A stretch of DNA of 64,000 nt from NCBI RefSeq assembly GCF_009914755.1, contig NC_060947.1; one strand, written 5' to 3'. Every line of letters begins with the position of its first letter. Position 1 is the first letter of the stretch. Both the position numbers and the translations under genes were made by a program. The DNA comes from the human T2T-CHM13v2.0 reference genome, Homo sapiens. The notes under the pieces are model-generated. The model saw only the letters and a program-made list of their open reading frames with translations, searched no databases and was not told the DNA's origin. Positions 39,146 through 53,953 of the stretch are shown here, in pieces.

Positions 39146-39837
39146 AAAGAGCACAGGTTCTGGAGTGAAACTGTCTAGAATTGTACCCCTCACACCAGAA
39201 TACCTGCTACTTAATGTGTATTTACCCTAATTCAGATACTTCATGTCGAAAAAAGTATCCTTGCCTATCTCTTGATCAAAATTACCATTATGCAAGAAAA
39301 GTATATTGCCATATTATGGGTGAGCTATGTGCTTTCTAATTCCAGCTCTCCCTCTATGAGGTGGATGGCACTAGGCAAGTCCATTTCCTTCTCTGGATAT
39401 CAGGCCCATCTGTACATGAGGGTTTGGATTATGTAAGTGATTTTCAAACTGTGTTTCTTTGGAAACTTAAGGTTTCGAACAGGAGACTCAGGGAACTCTA
39501 TAATGGTAAAAAGCAGAATTGGCAGGGAACTCAGTACACCCACTTTTGCTTCAACCAGAGCAGCTAAATTCTGCTTCTACCTTTTTATTTATTGCTCTTT
39601 CTAATAAGGTTTCTATTGAAATAAGGGTTTTATTTATAAATTTGTTTAACCACTGAAGTAGATCCTAACACCTTTTCCATGCCAAAATTCCATGGCTGTA
39701 AAGGAATTCTGTAACTAGTTAAATGTTGAATGCAGCAATGTATTTCCAAAAGAAAGTATAGCTTAAAAAGCACATTGACACCATTATCTCATTTGATACC
39801 CAGAACAATCCCATGAGAGTTAAAGAATGAGAGATCA

Positions 39838-40130
39838 GGCCAGGCATGGTGGCTCAGGCCTGTAATCCTAACACTTTGGGAGGCTGAGGCGGGAGAATTG
39901 CTTGAGCTCAGGAGTTCAAGATCAGCCTGGGCAACATAGTGAGACTCCACCTGTACAAAAAGTTTTTAAAAATTAGCTAGGCGTGGTGGTGTGCACCTGT
40001 AGGCCCAACTACTCACGAGGCTGAAATGGGAGGATTGCTCAAGCTCAGGAGGTCAAGGCTGCAGTAAGTTGTGATCATGCCACTACATTCCAGCCTGGGT
40101 GACAGAGCAAGATCTTGTCTCAAAAAAAAA
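39838..40130 (+). mobile_element. AluJ
   Basis: Dimer; TSD AAAGAATGAGA. Confidence 0.9.
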
Positions 40131-40754
40131 ATTGTTTTAAAAAAGAATGAGACATTAAGAGATGGGGAACTCCTTGCCTGAACTTCTGTAGCCAGGTATG
40201 GAAGAACATGACTGGAACCTAGGTCTATTTTTGCTGATTGCTTATCTAGCCTCCACTGCACTATATTACAACACTTCTCAAAATTTGATTGTGGTGGGAA
40301 ACAATAAGCAGAAATTTTCCTCAGAAGTGATGTTGGGCAACATAGACACGAAAGTTGGAAAGTTCTTTGGCATCCTGAGAATTTCAGTTACAGAAGCAGA
40401 ATCAACTAACTCTACCTTCAAAATGTTCAGTTCCCACAGGCCACACTTGGAAAGTACCCAGCCAGAGTGTTAAGTTGTTCTTCCTCTCTTTATCCCAGAG
40501 AGAACGTATGAAGGAAAATGATGCAACTGATTGTCTAATGAAAGCACTCCCCATATGGGAATGACTAGAGTATACACAAATGCCTTGTTGACTCCTTGAA
40601 CAAAGACCTTAACTTACACCTTGACGTGATGGTTATGGCTGGAAAAGGCCTAGAGATCACTGAAACCAACAATACAAAGCTAGGATCCCAGAAAATTCTA
40701 CTTACGACATAGAGTTGGCTTAGTGGCAAATATAGCACAAAGACATTTGCAGGC

Positions 40755-40960
40755 AAAGTGGTATAATGAAATGAATGGACCTCTGAGTCAGATAGAACTG
40801 GGCTTGAATTTGAACTCTTGCTTTTCTACTTGTGCATCATGGGGCAATTTATTTAATCTCTCTGAGCCTCAGTTTCCTAATCTGTAAAATTAGGACAATA
40901 TCTCCTAAGGGGTATTCAAAAAGGGGTAAATAAGATAATTCTCATAAAACTCCATTGCTA
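40755..40960 (+). mobile_element. MIR
   Basis: Core GGGCAATTTATTTAATCTCTCTGAGCCTCAGTTTCCTAATCTGTAAAAT. Confidence 0.75.
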
Positions 40961-42425
40961 GCTGTAGATTCACTTAACTTCACTAAGCCTTTCTTTGAAA
41001 TGTAGACAAAAATAACTACTTTGTAGGATTAATACCTATTATGTAGGCTCGGTGTGGTTTTAAATGATATTTCAAGTATTTAACTACTGATAGAGCCTGG
41101 GCACTGACCAATCAGAGTGGCACCTGCTGAAAACAATTGGTTTGACCATTCTAGTGCCTAATTGCTGCACAGCCAAATATCAGCCTTCGTGTGGAAATTA
41201 AATTAAATGACATGAAACATAATAGTTACATAATGAATTATATTTATGTCTCTTTCCCTTCCTGCTCTTTTAGCTTTCCATCATATCAAACTACTTAACT
41301 AGAGGAATCTAGCTCCTCCCCTATGTGATTTAAGGTGAATTATGTTTGCCTTTCTGATTTCATAATTATATTTGGGTTCCCTATTCTATCCTGTTTTAAA
41401 GTCTTGGCATTCCAATGTAAAAACTTCACATTTTCATGATAATATCAAGGTATCCATAATATCTATTCTAAGGAACTTGGGGAGAGTAAGTTACACATCT
41501 TAGGAAGCTGCAATAGAGTGAGCTCACTGGAATCATTTTTGAGGAAAAGGTCTCTTTGTGATGTGAAAAGGTAGATGTGTCTTGGAAAAACAAAACAAAA
41601 CAAAAAAACGAAAGAGCCCACTTCAGATCTAGAGTGTGCACTGGTTTAAAAAGCTATAAACAGGGCTGGAAACAGTAAGAAAAAAAGATGCTACAGATCT
41701 CTGGAGTCACAGATTAGTAACTAAAATAGTGCCTAATACTATTGTCAACAAATACCTTAAGAAGGATGGGAGGGTGAGAAGAAGGGAGTGGTGAATAATG
41801 TGTGATTAGGGTAGAAATGGCTTAGAAAAGGAATTAGTAATGTGGCCCAGTCCAGCAAAAGTCAAAGAACTATTGCATATCCAGCACCGAGACACTTCCA
41901 ACTCCCCCTTATAAAGCTGTCGCTTTCTCACAAGACCCAACTAGTCCTTTGATCTTTGTGTACTTCTCAAGTTGAGGCAGGAATCGAGTTAAAAAATAAA
42001 AAAGGATCCCTTTTTGCTTAGAGGGAATAGGACTTTGTAGGCATTATAGAGACATTAGTGGCACTTGGGAGCTCTTCCCAAAGGGACTAGGGTCAGCCCC
42101 ATCCTGACTAGGGCACCTGAAGAAAACAAGGGAAACTTTAACTTTTAAAAGAGAATTTGCAGAGTCAAAAGATTTTTGATGCATCATTGTGGAAAATTTC
42201 AGGGCTTTGTTCAGTGTTTTGTTGACTTTTTTCCTAAAATCAACATTGTCGTCAGAGAAAGTAGCAAATATGGTTACTATATGTCTGTTTACATTATCTT
42301 CTGCATTCCCAGAGAGAGGATGTTCTGACTTCTGATAACTGGGCAGAAGTCTGACAAAAAATATTTAGGTGGTAGAGGTTGTTCCATTAGGAAGATGAAA
42401 AGACCTCTTAGTTCCATTATTCTGA

Positions 42426-42773
<348 letters not shown>

Positions 42774-43150
42774 TAGACAGTATGTTGTTTCTCTAAATGG
42801 ACTTCCTGACCAAGGAGATGGGGCCTGTGCAGAAAACAGGGTGTTCAGGCTTAGATTTTGGTGCAGTTCAGATTAGGAATAGTATAAGCCATTCTGAGGC
42901 TCAATCATCCATGGGTAAGTGGACTCTCAAGGTTTTGGGCCTACAGAGCTGAGAGAGAGAACACTTTACCTTCGAGAACCAATTTCTTTGTCTTCTCTCG
43001 CCCTACGTGGACAAAGTGTGACCATCCATGAAGACTCTGTCCAGATATGCCTTGCTCTATTTTACACCATTGCCAACAGGTTTCCACCACAGCCCAGCAA
43101 GCTTTGCTTTTTTACTTTGCACCCCAGATTGGTTTTTAAAATTGACTCTT

Positions 43151-43305
43151 GGCCTTTTGCAGTGGCTCATGCCTGTAATCCCAGCACTTTGGGAGGTCGA
43201 AGTGGGAGGATCGCTTGAGCTCAGGAGTTCAAGACCAGCCTGGGCAACATGGCGAAACTCCATCTCTACTGAAATTTAAAAATAAATTTAAAAAATAAAA
43301 TAAAA
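43151..43305 (+). mobile_element. FLAM/Alu left monomer
   Basis: Monomer plus A-rich tail; TSD ..GACTCTT. Confidence 0.8.
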
Positions 43306-44729
43306 TAGACTCTTGGAGAACACTTCCTGGCACAATAGTCTGTTCCATATTCTGTTGCACCCAATAATTAACTCTTAATAATTGTAGTACAATGGGCTGC
43401 TATTTATAGTGACTATTAAAATATCCTTCACTGCCTTTTGCTGTTAAAATGCCTAGAACCCACTTTATAATATTTTAACATGCTTAAACAGTAATATAAA
43501 ATGGCATCTGCGTATGTTTTTCCTTCTTGAAAATTAATAAAAGAGTGGTTCGCTAATGACTGTGTCTGTACAGAGCAAGACAAGGCTTCCAAAAGGGGCT
43601 AACCATCTGTGTATCTACCTTCTCAGTTCTGGTGAAGAATTCTGAGATGACGGGATGAGGACAAGAGAGTTGAGAAGAGCCTGAGAAGGGTGAAATTAAT
43701 TAGATATCAGGAAATCTCTGGAAGCTCCTTTGAAACCATGCTAGAAATCAATGATATTTGCTATGGGCCAGCCACTGCATCAAAGAGAAAAGAGAGAGTT
43801 AGTGTGGACTTTGCAGAAGCACAGCCACATGAAGGGTATTCCACGCAGGGATTTACATGTGCAATTCTGTAAATTTGGGCAAAAAGTCAAGTGACGATGC
43901 TATGGAGATAAGTGCTCCAGTGACACATTAAATCACTCTCTGAGAATCTGTTGATTCGGATCTAGTTTCTTTTCGTATTCCAGAATAAAGCTAGAGCAAT
44001 GCTGTCCTCTTCAATCTCAATATATGTATTGCTTGAAAAACAAGGGAGAATATGAGACCTTTTGCATGTTCACACAGCAAGTACAAGAGAAAGGGGGCAA
44101 CGTGGATTTTTTCTAAATCATGTTTCCCAGCTGAGGAACAGGCTGGAGCATGAGAGGAGTACAGAGCCATTACAACCGTTTAGATGGGCTTCTCGTTTCA
44201 ACAGGGTCACACTATCTTCTCCGGAAAGCCCACTTTCCATGCCAAGCAACAGGAGAGGTTTTGAAGGCCAGGGATTTGTTTCTCTTCCTTGTTACCCTTC
44301 CCACCCAGGTTGTCACACCATACAAGAGGAATAAAGAATACACTGAGAAATACTGAATAGACCAAAAGTCTGACAAATAACCAAGCATTTTCATAAAAAG
44401 AAAGAGTTTGGTAATTGTCAATTTACTCTGGTTTTGCTTCCAGTTGGTTCCCTTTTCAGCTGATTAGCGCAAGTGACTATTGAGAGCATGGAAGCATCTC
44501 AGGGTTGAAGAGACAGGAGTCCCATTTTCCACTTCCTGCCCTCTTGGGTAACTCTGCTTCCTCCTGAGCAAAGAGTTAATGAAGACATTGTTGCTTTTTT
44601 TTTTTTTTTTTTTGCAAATAAGGAAAGGCAGACACTGAATGTTTATTATTCAGTATGAACATAGAGGCAAAACTAGGAGAAAAAACAGATATGAGGTTTC
44701 CAGAACTATGGAATTTTAGGCATATTATA

Positions 44730-45475
44730 TTATCAGTTATCATTTATTGAGTACTTACTATGGACCAGCCACTGCATTAAGCATTTTACATAGTCTATTA
44801 CATAGTTTAATTTTAAATTTTTATTTATTTACTTATTAGAGTCCCACTCTCACCCAGGCTGGAGTGCAGTGGCATGAAATAATAGCTCACTGCAACCTCA
44901 AACTCCTGGGCTCAGGTAATCCCCCTGCCTCAGTCTCCCAAGCAGCTGGGAATATAGGTGTGTGCCACCACACCTGGCTAAAGTTTATTACATAGTTTAT
45001 TAGTCTTGACAACAGCCCTATGACATAGGTACAATTATTATCCCCATTTTACAGATGAAGAAACTGAGGCTTACAGAGGTTAGGTAACTTTAACCAAGCC
45101 TAAACAGCTAGTAAGTGGTGGAAGTGATTCAAATCTAAGACTGTGTTACTAAAAGAGCTGTGTTCTCAATCACTCTGCCACACGGTACAAGAGAGGTGTT
45201 AGCTAGAATGCCTTCAGGGGCATAATAATAATTATAGTTAATGCTGTTGTGGAAGGCTTATTATATGGTAGACCCTGTTCTAAACACTCACCTATGTCAA
45301 CTTTAGGCTCTGCATCTCACACTCTATAAAGAAGGTGCTATTATTGGGCGCATTTTACAGTAAGGAAAGTGAGGCACAGAGAGGTCTTAAGTTCACGGAA
45401 CTAATGAATGGTGGAGCAGGGCTACAAATTCAGGCACTCTGACTCCAAAGATCATCCTCTTAGCTGCTAAGCTAT
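44730..45475 (-). mobile_element. Two MIRs, the first interrupted by an Alu right arm (about 44815-44980)
   Basis: CCCCATTTTACAGATGAAGAAACTGAGGC (about 45042) and CATTTTACAGTAAGGAAAGTGAGGCACAGAGAGG (about 45351). TATTACATAGTTTA flanks the Alu. Confidence 0.75.
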
Positions 45476-46667
45476 GTTAAGGTAAAATGTTCGTTTCTGT
45501 GTGAGGAAGCCCAGTCCACTTCGAGAGTCAGCTTTCTTTGTTAGAAAGTTGTGCCTGCAGCTCTAATAGACTTCTCAGAAGCAAACAGAAGGGTTCAAGA
45601 GTCCAGCTGACAGCAGAGGCTCTTGCTCAATCCTTTCCCAGAATGCTTGTCTCCATTACCCTTTAACCTGCATCTTTGAACAAATTGATATATGGGGAGT
45701 TCAGCAATGGCAGATCTCAGCTGTGCCTTTAATGTTTGATATGTCTGCTAGCACACCATGTTTTTCATTGGATCTAAAGGAGATCTAATGAGAGATCATT
45801 TCCTGGTAACACATTGTCTGCTTTCAACATCACTAGGAAAGCACTTTGCTGCAAACAATCCCTATGTTGGTTTAATTGCCTTTGAAAAGGGGCACAAGAG
45901 GGAGCATCAACTCTTCAGAGTTTGGGTCTGATTTCCTGAGGTGTTCCATTTCAGAAGAGGCCCCTGACAACAGGCAGAGAATAAAAACAAGTGTGGTCTA
46001 GGGCAGACAGTGTTTTTCAAACAGTTGGCCAAATCTCTCCTGGCAGCCGGGAAGCAGCTGAATCATCAAACACTAGGCCTCTAACGAGATGGAGGCTGGG
46101 CTGTATTGAAGTGCATTCCAGACTGACTGTGAAACCCAGAGCTGCTGCTGCTTTCCCAATGCTGGCTCCCTTCCAAGGGGCTGGCCCAGCTGAGCTGCTT
46201 GTCAAAGCTTCATTTTGTCTCTTCTCTCTCTTTTTTTCCTCCTCTTTGTGATTTCCCATGTAGCATTTGCCTGCTCTTGGATAGAATATTTGGATGAATT
46301 TTGGGGTCACCTCAGGTACAGCCTCTGCTCTGCAAGCTAAAGTTCATGAACTGTGTTTACCTGTTGGAAAGTCAGAATGGCAGAGGGGAAAGGCACTAAG
46401 CTAGAGCACTCGGGGAATGGACAAGTGGACAGACATTCTTTTCTGAGAGGCAGGAATGACCTAGACATTCTGAAATTGAAAGCCAGATGTTGGGATAAAA
46501 CTCTAGACTCAATTTGAATCGTAGGAGTGTTGACAACCTTGATGAAATCCTATGACTAAAACTTTCTAGAGTAGAGGGGAATTAATGGGGCCTAAGTAGG
46601 GTAACCCACCTTGAAAATAACCAGATCCCTCTATTTATATCAGAAACAAATGTTTGGACTCTTTAAG

Positions 46668-47020
46668 TGCCATGGTCTGAATGTTTGTGTCTCCCCCAAA
46701 ATTCATATATTGAAACCTAATCCCCAACGTGGTGGTAATTGAAGGCAGAGCCTTTAGGTGGTAATTAGGTCATGAGGGCAGAGCCCTCATGAATGGGATT
46801 AGTGCCCTTATAAAAGAGGGCAGAGGGAGCTTGTTTGGCCCTTCAGCCATGTGAAGACGCAGCAAGAAAGTGCCATCCATGAAGCAGAGAGTGAGACCCC
46901 ATCAGACACTGAGTCTGCTGATGCCTTGATCTGGGACTTCCCAGCCTTCAGAACTGTAAGCAATAATCTTCTCTTGTTTATAAATTACCCAGGGTAATGT
47001 ATTTTGTTATAGCAGTCTAT
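46668..47020 (+). mobile_element. MLT1A/MST-type MaLR LTR
   Basis: TGCCATGGTCTGAATGTTTGTGTCTCCCCCAAAATTCATAT...TTTTGTTATAGCAG. Confidence 0.8.
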
Positions 47021-47100
47021 TAAACATGAAGAATAAACAATATTTTCTGTGCCTTTTATGATGACTACCTGTGGCATGTACCATCCGCATGCCTAACTTT

Positions 47101-48991
47101 TTTTTTTTTTTTTAAATTTATTTTTTTATTGATAATTCTTGGGTGTTTCTCACAGAGGGGGATTTGGCAGGGTCATGGGACAATAGTGGAGGGAAGGTCA
47201 GCAGATAAACAAGTGAACAAAGGTCTCTGGTTTTCCTAGGCAGAGGACCCTGCGGCCTTCCGCAGTGTTTGTGTCCCTGATTACTTGAGATTAGGGATTG
47301 GTGATGACTCTTAACGAGCATGCTGCCTTCAAGCATCTGTTTAACAAAGCACATCTTGCACCGCCCTTAATCCATTTAACCCTGAGTGGACACAGCACAT
47401 GTTTCAGAGAGCACAGGGTTGGGGGTAAGGTCACAGATCAACAGGATCCCAAGGCAGAGGAATTTTTCTTAGTGCAGAACAAAATGAAAAGTCTCCCATG
47501 TCTTCTACTTTCTACACAGACACGGCAACCATCCGATTGCTCAATCTTTTCCCCACCTTTCCCGCCTTTCTAATCCACAAAGCCGCCATTGTCATCCTGG
47601 CCCGTTCTCAATGAGCTGTTGGGTACACCTCCCAGACGGGGTGGTGGCCGGGCAGAGGGGCTCCTCACTTCCCAGTAGGGGTGGCCGGGCAGAGGCGCCC
47701 CTCACCTCCCGGACGGGGCGGCTGGCCAGGCAGGGGGGCTGACCCCCCCCCCACCTCCCTCCCGGACGGGGCGGCTGGCCGGGCGGGGGGCCGAACCCCC
47801 CACCTCCCTCCCGGACGGAGCGGCTGGCCGGGCGGGGGGCCAACACCCCCACCTCCCTCCCGGACGGGGCGGCTGGCCGGGCGGGGGGCCGACCCCCCCC
47901 ACCTCCCTCCCGGACGGGGCGGCTGGCCGGGTGGGGGGCCGACCCCCCCCACCTCCCTCCCGGACGGGGCGGCTGGCCGGGCGGGGGGCCGACCCCCCCA
48001 CCTCCCTCCCGGACGGGGCGGCTGGCCGGGCAGAGGGGCTCCTCACTTCCCAGTAGGGGCGGCCGGGCAGAGGCGCCCCTCACCTCCCAGACGGGGCGGC
48101 TGGCCGGACGGAGGGCTGACCCCCCCACCTCCCTCCCGGACAGGGCAGCTGGCCGGGTGGGGGGCTGACCCCCCCACCTCCCTCCCGGACGGCACGGCTG
48201 GCCAGGCGGGGGGCTGACCCCCCCCACCTCCCTCCCGGACGGCACGGCTGGCCAGGCGGGGGGCTGACCACCCCACCTCCCTCCCGGACGGGGCGGCTGG
48301 CCGGGCGGGGGGCTGACCCCCCCACCTCCCTCCCGGACGGCAGGGCTGGCCAGGCAGGGGGCTGACCCCCCCACCTCCCTCCCGGACGGGGTGGCTGCCG
48401 GGCGGAGACGCTCCTCACTTCCCAGATGGGGTGGCTGCTGGGCAGAGAGGCTCCTCACTTCTCAGACGGGGCAGCTGCCGGGCGGAGGGGCTCCTCACTT
48501 CTCAGACGGGGTGGTTGCCAGGCAGAGGGTCTCCTCACTTCTCAGACGGGGCGGCCGGGCAGAGACGCTCCTCACCTCCCAGACGGGGTCTCGGCCGGGC
48601 AGAGGCGCTCCTTACATCCCAGATGGGGCGGCGGGGCAGAGGCGCTCCCCACATCTCAGACGATGGGCGGCCGGGCAGAGACGCTCCTCACTTCCTAGAT
48701 GTGATGGCGGCTGGGAAGAGGCGCTCCTCACTTCCTAGATGGGATGGCGGCCGGGCGGAGACGCTCCTCACTTTCCAGACTGGGCAGCCAGGCAGAGGGG
48801 CTCCTCACATCCCAGACGATGGGCGGCCAGGCAGAGACACTCCTCACTTCCCAGACGGGGTGGCGGCCGGGCAGAGGCTGCAATCTCGGCACTTTGGGAG
48901 GCCAAGGCAGGCGGCTGCTCCTTGCCCTCGGGCCCCGCGGGGCCCGTCCGCTCCTCCAGCCGCTGCCTCCCGGGCGGCGCTCGCCGGCGCC
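47101..48991 (-). mobile_element. SVA_F1 retrotransposon (human-specific; MAST2 exon-1 5' fusion)
   Basis: Poly(A) and AATAAA at about 47098-47130, SINE-R about 47130-47620, GC-rich VNTR about 47625-48870, truncated Alu-like part to 48914. MAST2-derived 48915-48990 reads RRRAPPGRQRLEERTGPAGPEGKEQ. No CCCTCT hexamer. TSD GCCTAACTTT (47091-47100, 48992-49001) at a CTTT/AA endonuclease site. Confidence 0.95.
47625..48870. repeat. SVA VNTR (about 35-50-bp GC-rich units, G-quadruplex-prone)
   Basis: Repeated CCCCCCACCTCCCTCCCGGACGGGGCGGCTGGCCGGGCGGGGGG units. Confidence 0.95.
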
Positions 48992-49479
48992 GCCTAACTT
49001 TAAATGAGCACAAAAATATCTATTGTTTTCCATCTCTGCTGATATGTAGATGACTATTGTTTAATTACATTTGCCCCTAATAAGGAAGGGGAAAGATCCA
49101 ATGTCTTCCTGACTGACAGTGCCATGTTGGCCATTGATCTCAACTTGGAGCTGACCTCAACCTGCTCAGATAGGTTTTTCACCTAAATAAATATTGTGGA
49201 AGAGAGAAGCCTCCTTCTTCACTGTTAATAGTAAACTGCAAAAGCATGGAGGTAGGGGGAGGGAGGCTGTGTCTTGGAAAGAACCTTGAAGTTCCACAGT
49301 ACTATAATCCATTGTCTGGACTCTGATGGGAAAAAGAAAAAAACTGGATTCCCTTCCCGTCAGTCTTTGCCAACAGCATTCCTTTTTCAGTTTGTTTTCC
49401 CTGACCCCACCCATACTACTACTAATAATAATAACGTGTGTTTTTACAATCTCTAAAGAAGTTTCGCATACATTTATAT

Positions 49480-49840
49480 TTGATCTATACAACTTTGGGA
49501 GGATGAAAAGAAGAGACTTGTCCCTTTTTGCAGATGAGAAAACTGAGGTCCAGAGAAATTAATTGATTTGCCCAAAGTCACACAGGAAATTAGTTGTGGA
49601 GCCAGATCTATTAGGTCATCAGTTTCCAGGGTCGTTACTTCTTTTACACACCAAACTGTGGAGTGCTGGTTCTCAAATATTCAGTTGCATCATAATCACC
49701 TGGGAAGCATTTCACAAATGCATACTTATGGACTCTACCCTCAGAGATACCACGGGTCTAGAATAGGTATCTAGAGTCTGCATTTTTAACAACGTTCCCA
49801 AATGCTTCTAATAAACGTGGTCTCTGGGCCATACCTCGAT
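49480..49840. mobile_element. MIR (about 49480-49650) followed by MER5-type element (about 49663-49840)
   Basis: GCAGATGAGAAAACTGAGG..TTGCCCAAAGTCACACAG; GGTTCTCAAA..CATAATCACCTGGGAAGC..TCTGCATTTTTAACAA. Confidence 0.7.
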
Positions 49841-50239
49841 TGGAAGTGAATCTATAGCCTTGAACTGTTCAGGAATCTCTTTTAAATCTCTATAGATAAT
49901 CTGTTTATTTTAAGGTTCACATAGGAATGGAAGAAAACAACAGGGTTATCCTTAAGAGGACTGTGAGATGAGGGGGTACAGGAGAGTGGATGTTCTTTGG
50001 GAAAGGACACTTGCTACCTCAACTCTCTCTCCAAAATCCCTTTTCCACATGAAATTTGATTCAAATGAACATAAAAGGAAACCTTAAAGATAATGATATG
50101 GTGAAAACTGGCCCCTAAGACAGCTGGCCAATAGCCAAAGAAAGGGGCTTTGCAAAGATGCCATGGGAATGGCTCTAGGTCAATAGAATATATATACTTG
50201 AACTTCAGGTCTTTTTTTAACAGACAGCTGGTCGGGACT

Positions 50240-50490
50240 TTTTACTGTGGAGCCCAACTGCCTGGGTTTGAATCCTCTCACTGCCAATTATTATGTGTGT
50301 AACCTTGGGCAAGTTATTTAACTTTTCCATGCCTTAGTTTCTTTAACTGTGCAATGGGGATAATATTACTACATATTTCATAGGCTTGTTGTAAACATTA
50401 AATAAAATAATGCATGTACAGCATTACATGTTCTAGGCACAGCACCTAGAACAGTGGCTGGCATCTACTGAGTAGTGTTAGTGTTATTGT
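50240..50490 (+). mobile_element. MIR
   Basis: CTGCCTGGGTTTGAATCC..ACCTTGGGCAAGTTATTTAAC..CCTTAGTTTC. Confidence 0.75.
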
Positions 50491-52669
50491 TAACTACAAT
50501 TTTCCTGAATCATTGCTCTGCTGCAATCAATAAAGGATGGCTTGGGCCTAGAATTGGTCATTTCAATGGTTTTCATGTCTGTGCCTCAGTAACCTGTGAA
50601 ACAGGTGCTCTGAAGAGCCACAGGTGGCACTATTGTGACAGTACACTAAGTCCATTTCCCAGACTAATAGATAAATCCTGATGAGCTACGGGACTTCAAA
50701 TGTTTTCTGTGGCAACATCACAGAACAGAGACATTTGACCCCCAAAGACAATACTCTTCCTGTCCTCTTAAAAATTATTCAGTAGAATTTACTAAAAATC
50801 TGGTCAGTATTGGTAGAAAGCAAAGTATACATTCAAAGCACGGTGGTGCAAAGCTGTTGTTCCTCTTTCAACCTTTCCATCTCAAGACTGTTCCATAAAT
50901 GACAAAAGACGATGATAAGGGGGACACCAAGGCACCGAGTCTCCTCCAAGTGTATTAGAAAGGCCCATGGGGACACAGGCCTCAGTCAACTGCACGGTAT
51001 GGCATGGTAGCTGGGTATAGAAGTTATGCCCAGGAACTGTCTTCCTAGAATTTGCTGATAGGTAATATTTTGGGATTTTGACAGAGTTTCAAAGTTGATA
51101 GATTTATGGGATTCAGATCAACTGTCTGGAGACCCTAGTGTATACGGTCAGGGAATGTATGAGAAAGAGAGAGGAGGAAGGAGGGAGGGAAGACAGAGTG
51201 AGAGAAAGAAAGAGAAAGTAACAGAGACAGAGGGCCATGATGTAAACGTATATTGGGCAGAAGTCGGGATTGGGGATGGAAAGCAAGAGAAGAGAAGTTT
51301 TGAGAGGTGATGGTGAGAAGCAGGGAGGGGTCTAGACTTGAGTCTAGAATCTCCTTGAAGCTTCTGGAGCACATCATGTCTCACAAGGAAAGCGGAGTTT
51401 CATTCCAGCCTGAGTCAGCCTGCCTACCAGCGGCCTTGTTCCCTGCTGTCTTACTGTCACTCATGCTCACAGGCACATCTGCTTCAGTGCCCCAGGCCAA
51501 TTCACGGTATATTCATCTGAATATTCCCGGCTCATGTGACCGCCAGCCAGCCAGCAAGGCGTCAGAGCACCAGCAAGCAGCCTAGGTTGAAGCGCAAAGG
51601 AAACACTGACAAATATAAAATACTTATAAATGTCTGGTGCCAATTACAGCCAGTTAGCCCTTAAAAAATTCAAGAGGCTGGAAGCAGTGGTATCACCATT
51701 GGAATCCAAAAGCTTGTGTCTTTGATTATGTGCATATGTGCATCTAAAGAACACACTTGCACATAGAAGTCTTTCAGTAACTGGCAATCTTCATGAAAAT
51801 GATGTAAGAAGGATAAGTCCATTCCTGGTTTTCTCTTCCAGTAGGTTCAGTTACATAGTGCAAACTGTTCACAGATCAGACCATTTATCCCCTGACGAGT
51901 GTCTGTTTGGCCAGGACCCAAGTCCTGCTAGGTTGGAAGGTGATGGCGGCTGCAGAAGCTTTGGCTACTGTGCTTTTTATGCATATGCAGCTCCCACATT
52001 TTACCATTGGAATTGGAAAGTCTCTTGCAGAGTACGTTGAACTTGGAGAGATTTTTCCATGTACTTTGCAGCCTCCAAAACATCCAAGGCTTTTCTTATA
52101 ATCCCAGTTCAGTTGAACTTTGACTAGCTTTTATATAGACATAGTCCAGTTTAATCACTTAAACAGAAGAACATCATGAAACATGTTTTCATTCTGACGA
52201 TTTTGCACCTAACTAGGAGACAACCACCAAATAAAAAGTCTGTCAGGACTTTTTTTTTTTTACAAGACTATGAAAACTGTTTAATTCTTAGACGAATGTA
52301 GAGTTTGAATGAACTAAAGTCAGAGTTTATAGAAGGTCAGAATAGAAGGCTAGAATTAGTGGAAATAAATGCTTTTGCCTTTTGGAGACAAACAGAATAG
52401 GACAGAACTATTTATCTAGAGCCAGGTTATTCAGAATATCCAAAGAACCAAAGGATAAAGGCATATCCTTTCAGACTTCTTTGTAAGAACAATTGAGGTA
52501 ACTGGCTTTGGTGATATACACCACTGTTAGCAAAATCCTCAGCAAGTTGCATGTACCAGTATGGTTTGAAAAAGTGAATAATCTATGCCTAATGTCCAGG
52601 ACTTACATTTCAGATATAATGATTGCATACATTAGGCCAGTTATGATCATATGCACCAGCCCTTGTCTA

Positions 52670-52981
<312 letters not shown>

Positions 52982-53651
52982 TTTTTTTTTTTTTTGTTGA
53001 GGTTTGATCTCAGGAAAGTCTTTCCTGAATTCCCCACATTCAGGAAAGAATGTGGGTGAAACGTCCAGTGATATATTTCTAAGTAATTATCTATTTAGAT
53101 TTCTGTCCTTCACAATACACTGTAAGGTCTTTGAAGGCAGATACCATATTCTACTTATATTTAAAATACCACTACTAACTTGCTGTATAATACAGATTAA
53201 GTACTAAATAAATATTTGTTTAACTGTTGGTAGAAGACAGGCAGTGGGACAAATGAAAATTGAGCAGGGGTGATCTAAAGTGAACATTCAAAATATGGTC
53301 CACTTTTTAGTCTTTTTTCCATGATGTGGATGAAAATCTGCATTCCTGAATCTGAGCCCATCTCTATGACAGGACCAGGATTATATAATATGAGTAAAAA
53401 GCCTGTTTTACTAAGTATCTTTCTCCTGAACTTCGTGAGTTTATTCTGTCGTTTTGCCTGAAATCTCACGATAATGAGATCCCTTTTGTAAAGTCTGAGA
53501 ATCCTTGAGGATCTTTCATGTGATTTGTCTTTCATATCATAGTATGCAATTGCTGGATCAGGTTGTTCTACTTTTAACACCTAGCTGATATTGGCACAAA
53601 ACAAAAACAAAAACAACAACAAACAAAAACCAAAAAAAAAAAAAGAGTTTT

Positions 53652-53953
<302 letters not shown>

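Noticed and set aside
47118-49053. Many long Pro/Gly/Arg-rich ORFs
   Set aside because: SVA VNTR and SINE-R translations; stop-poor GC repeats, not genes.
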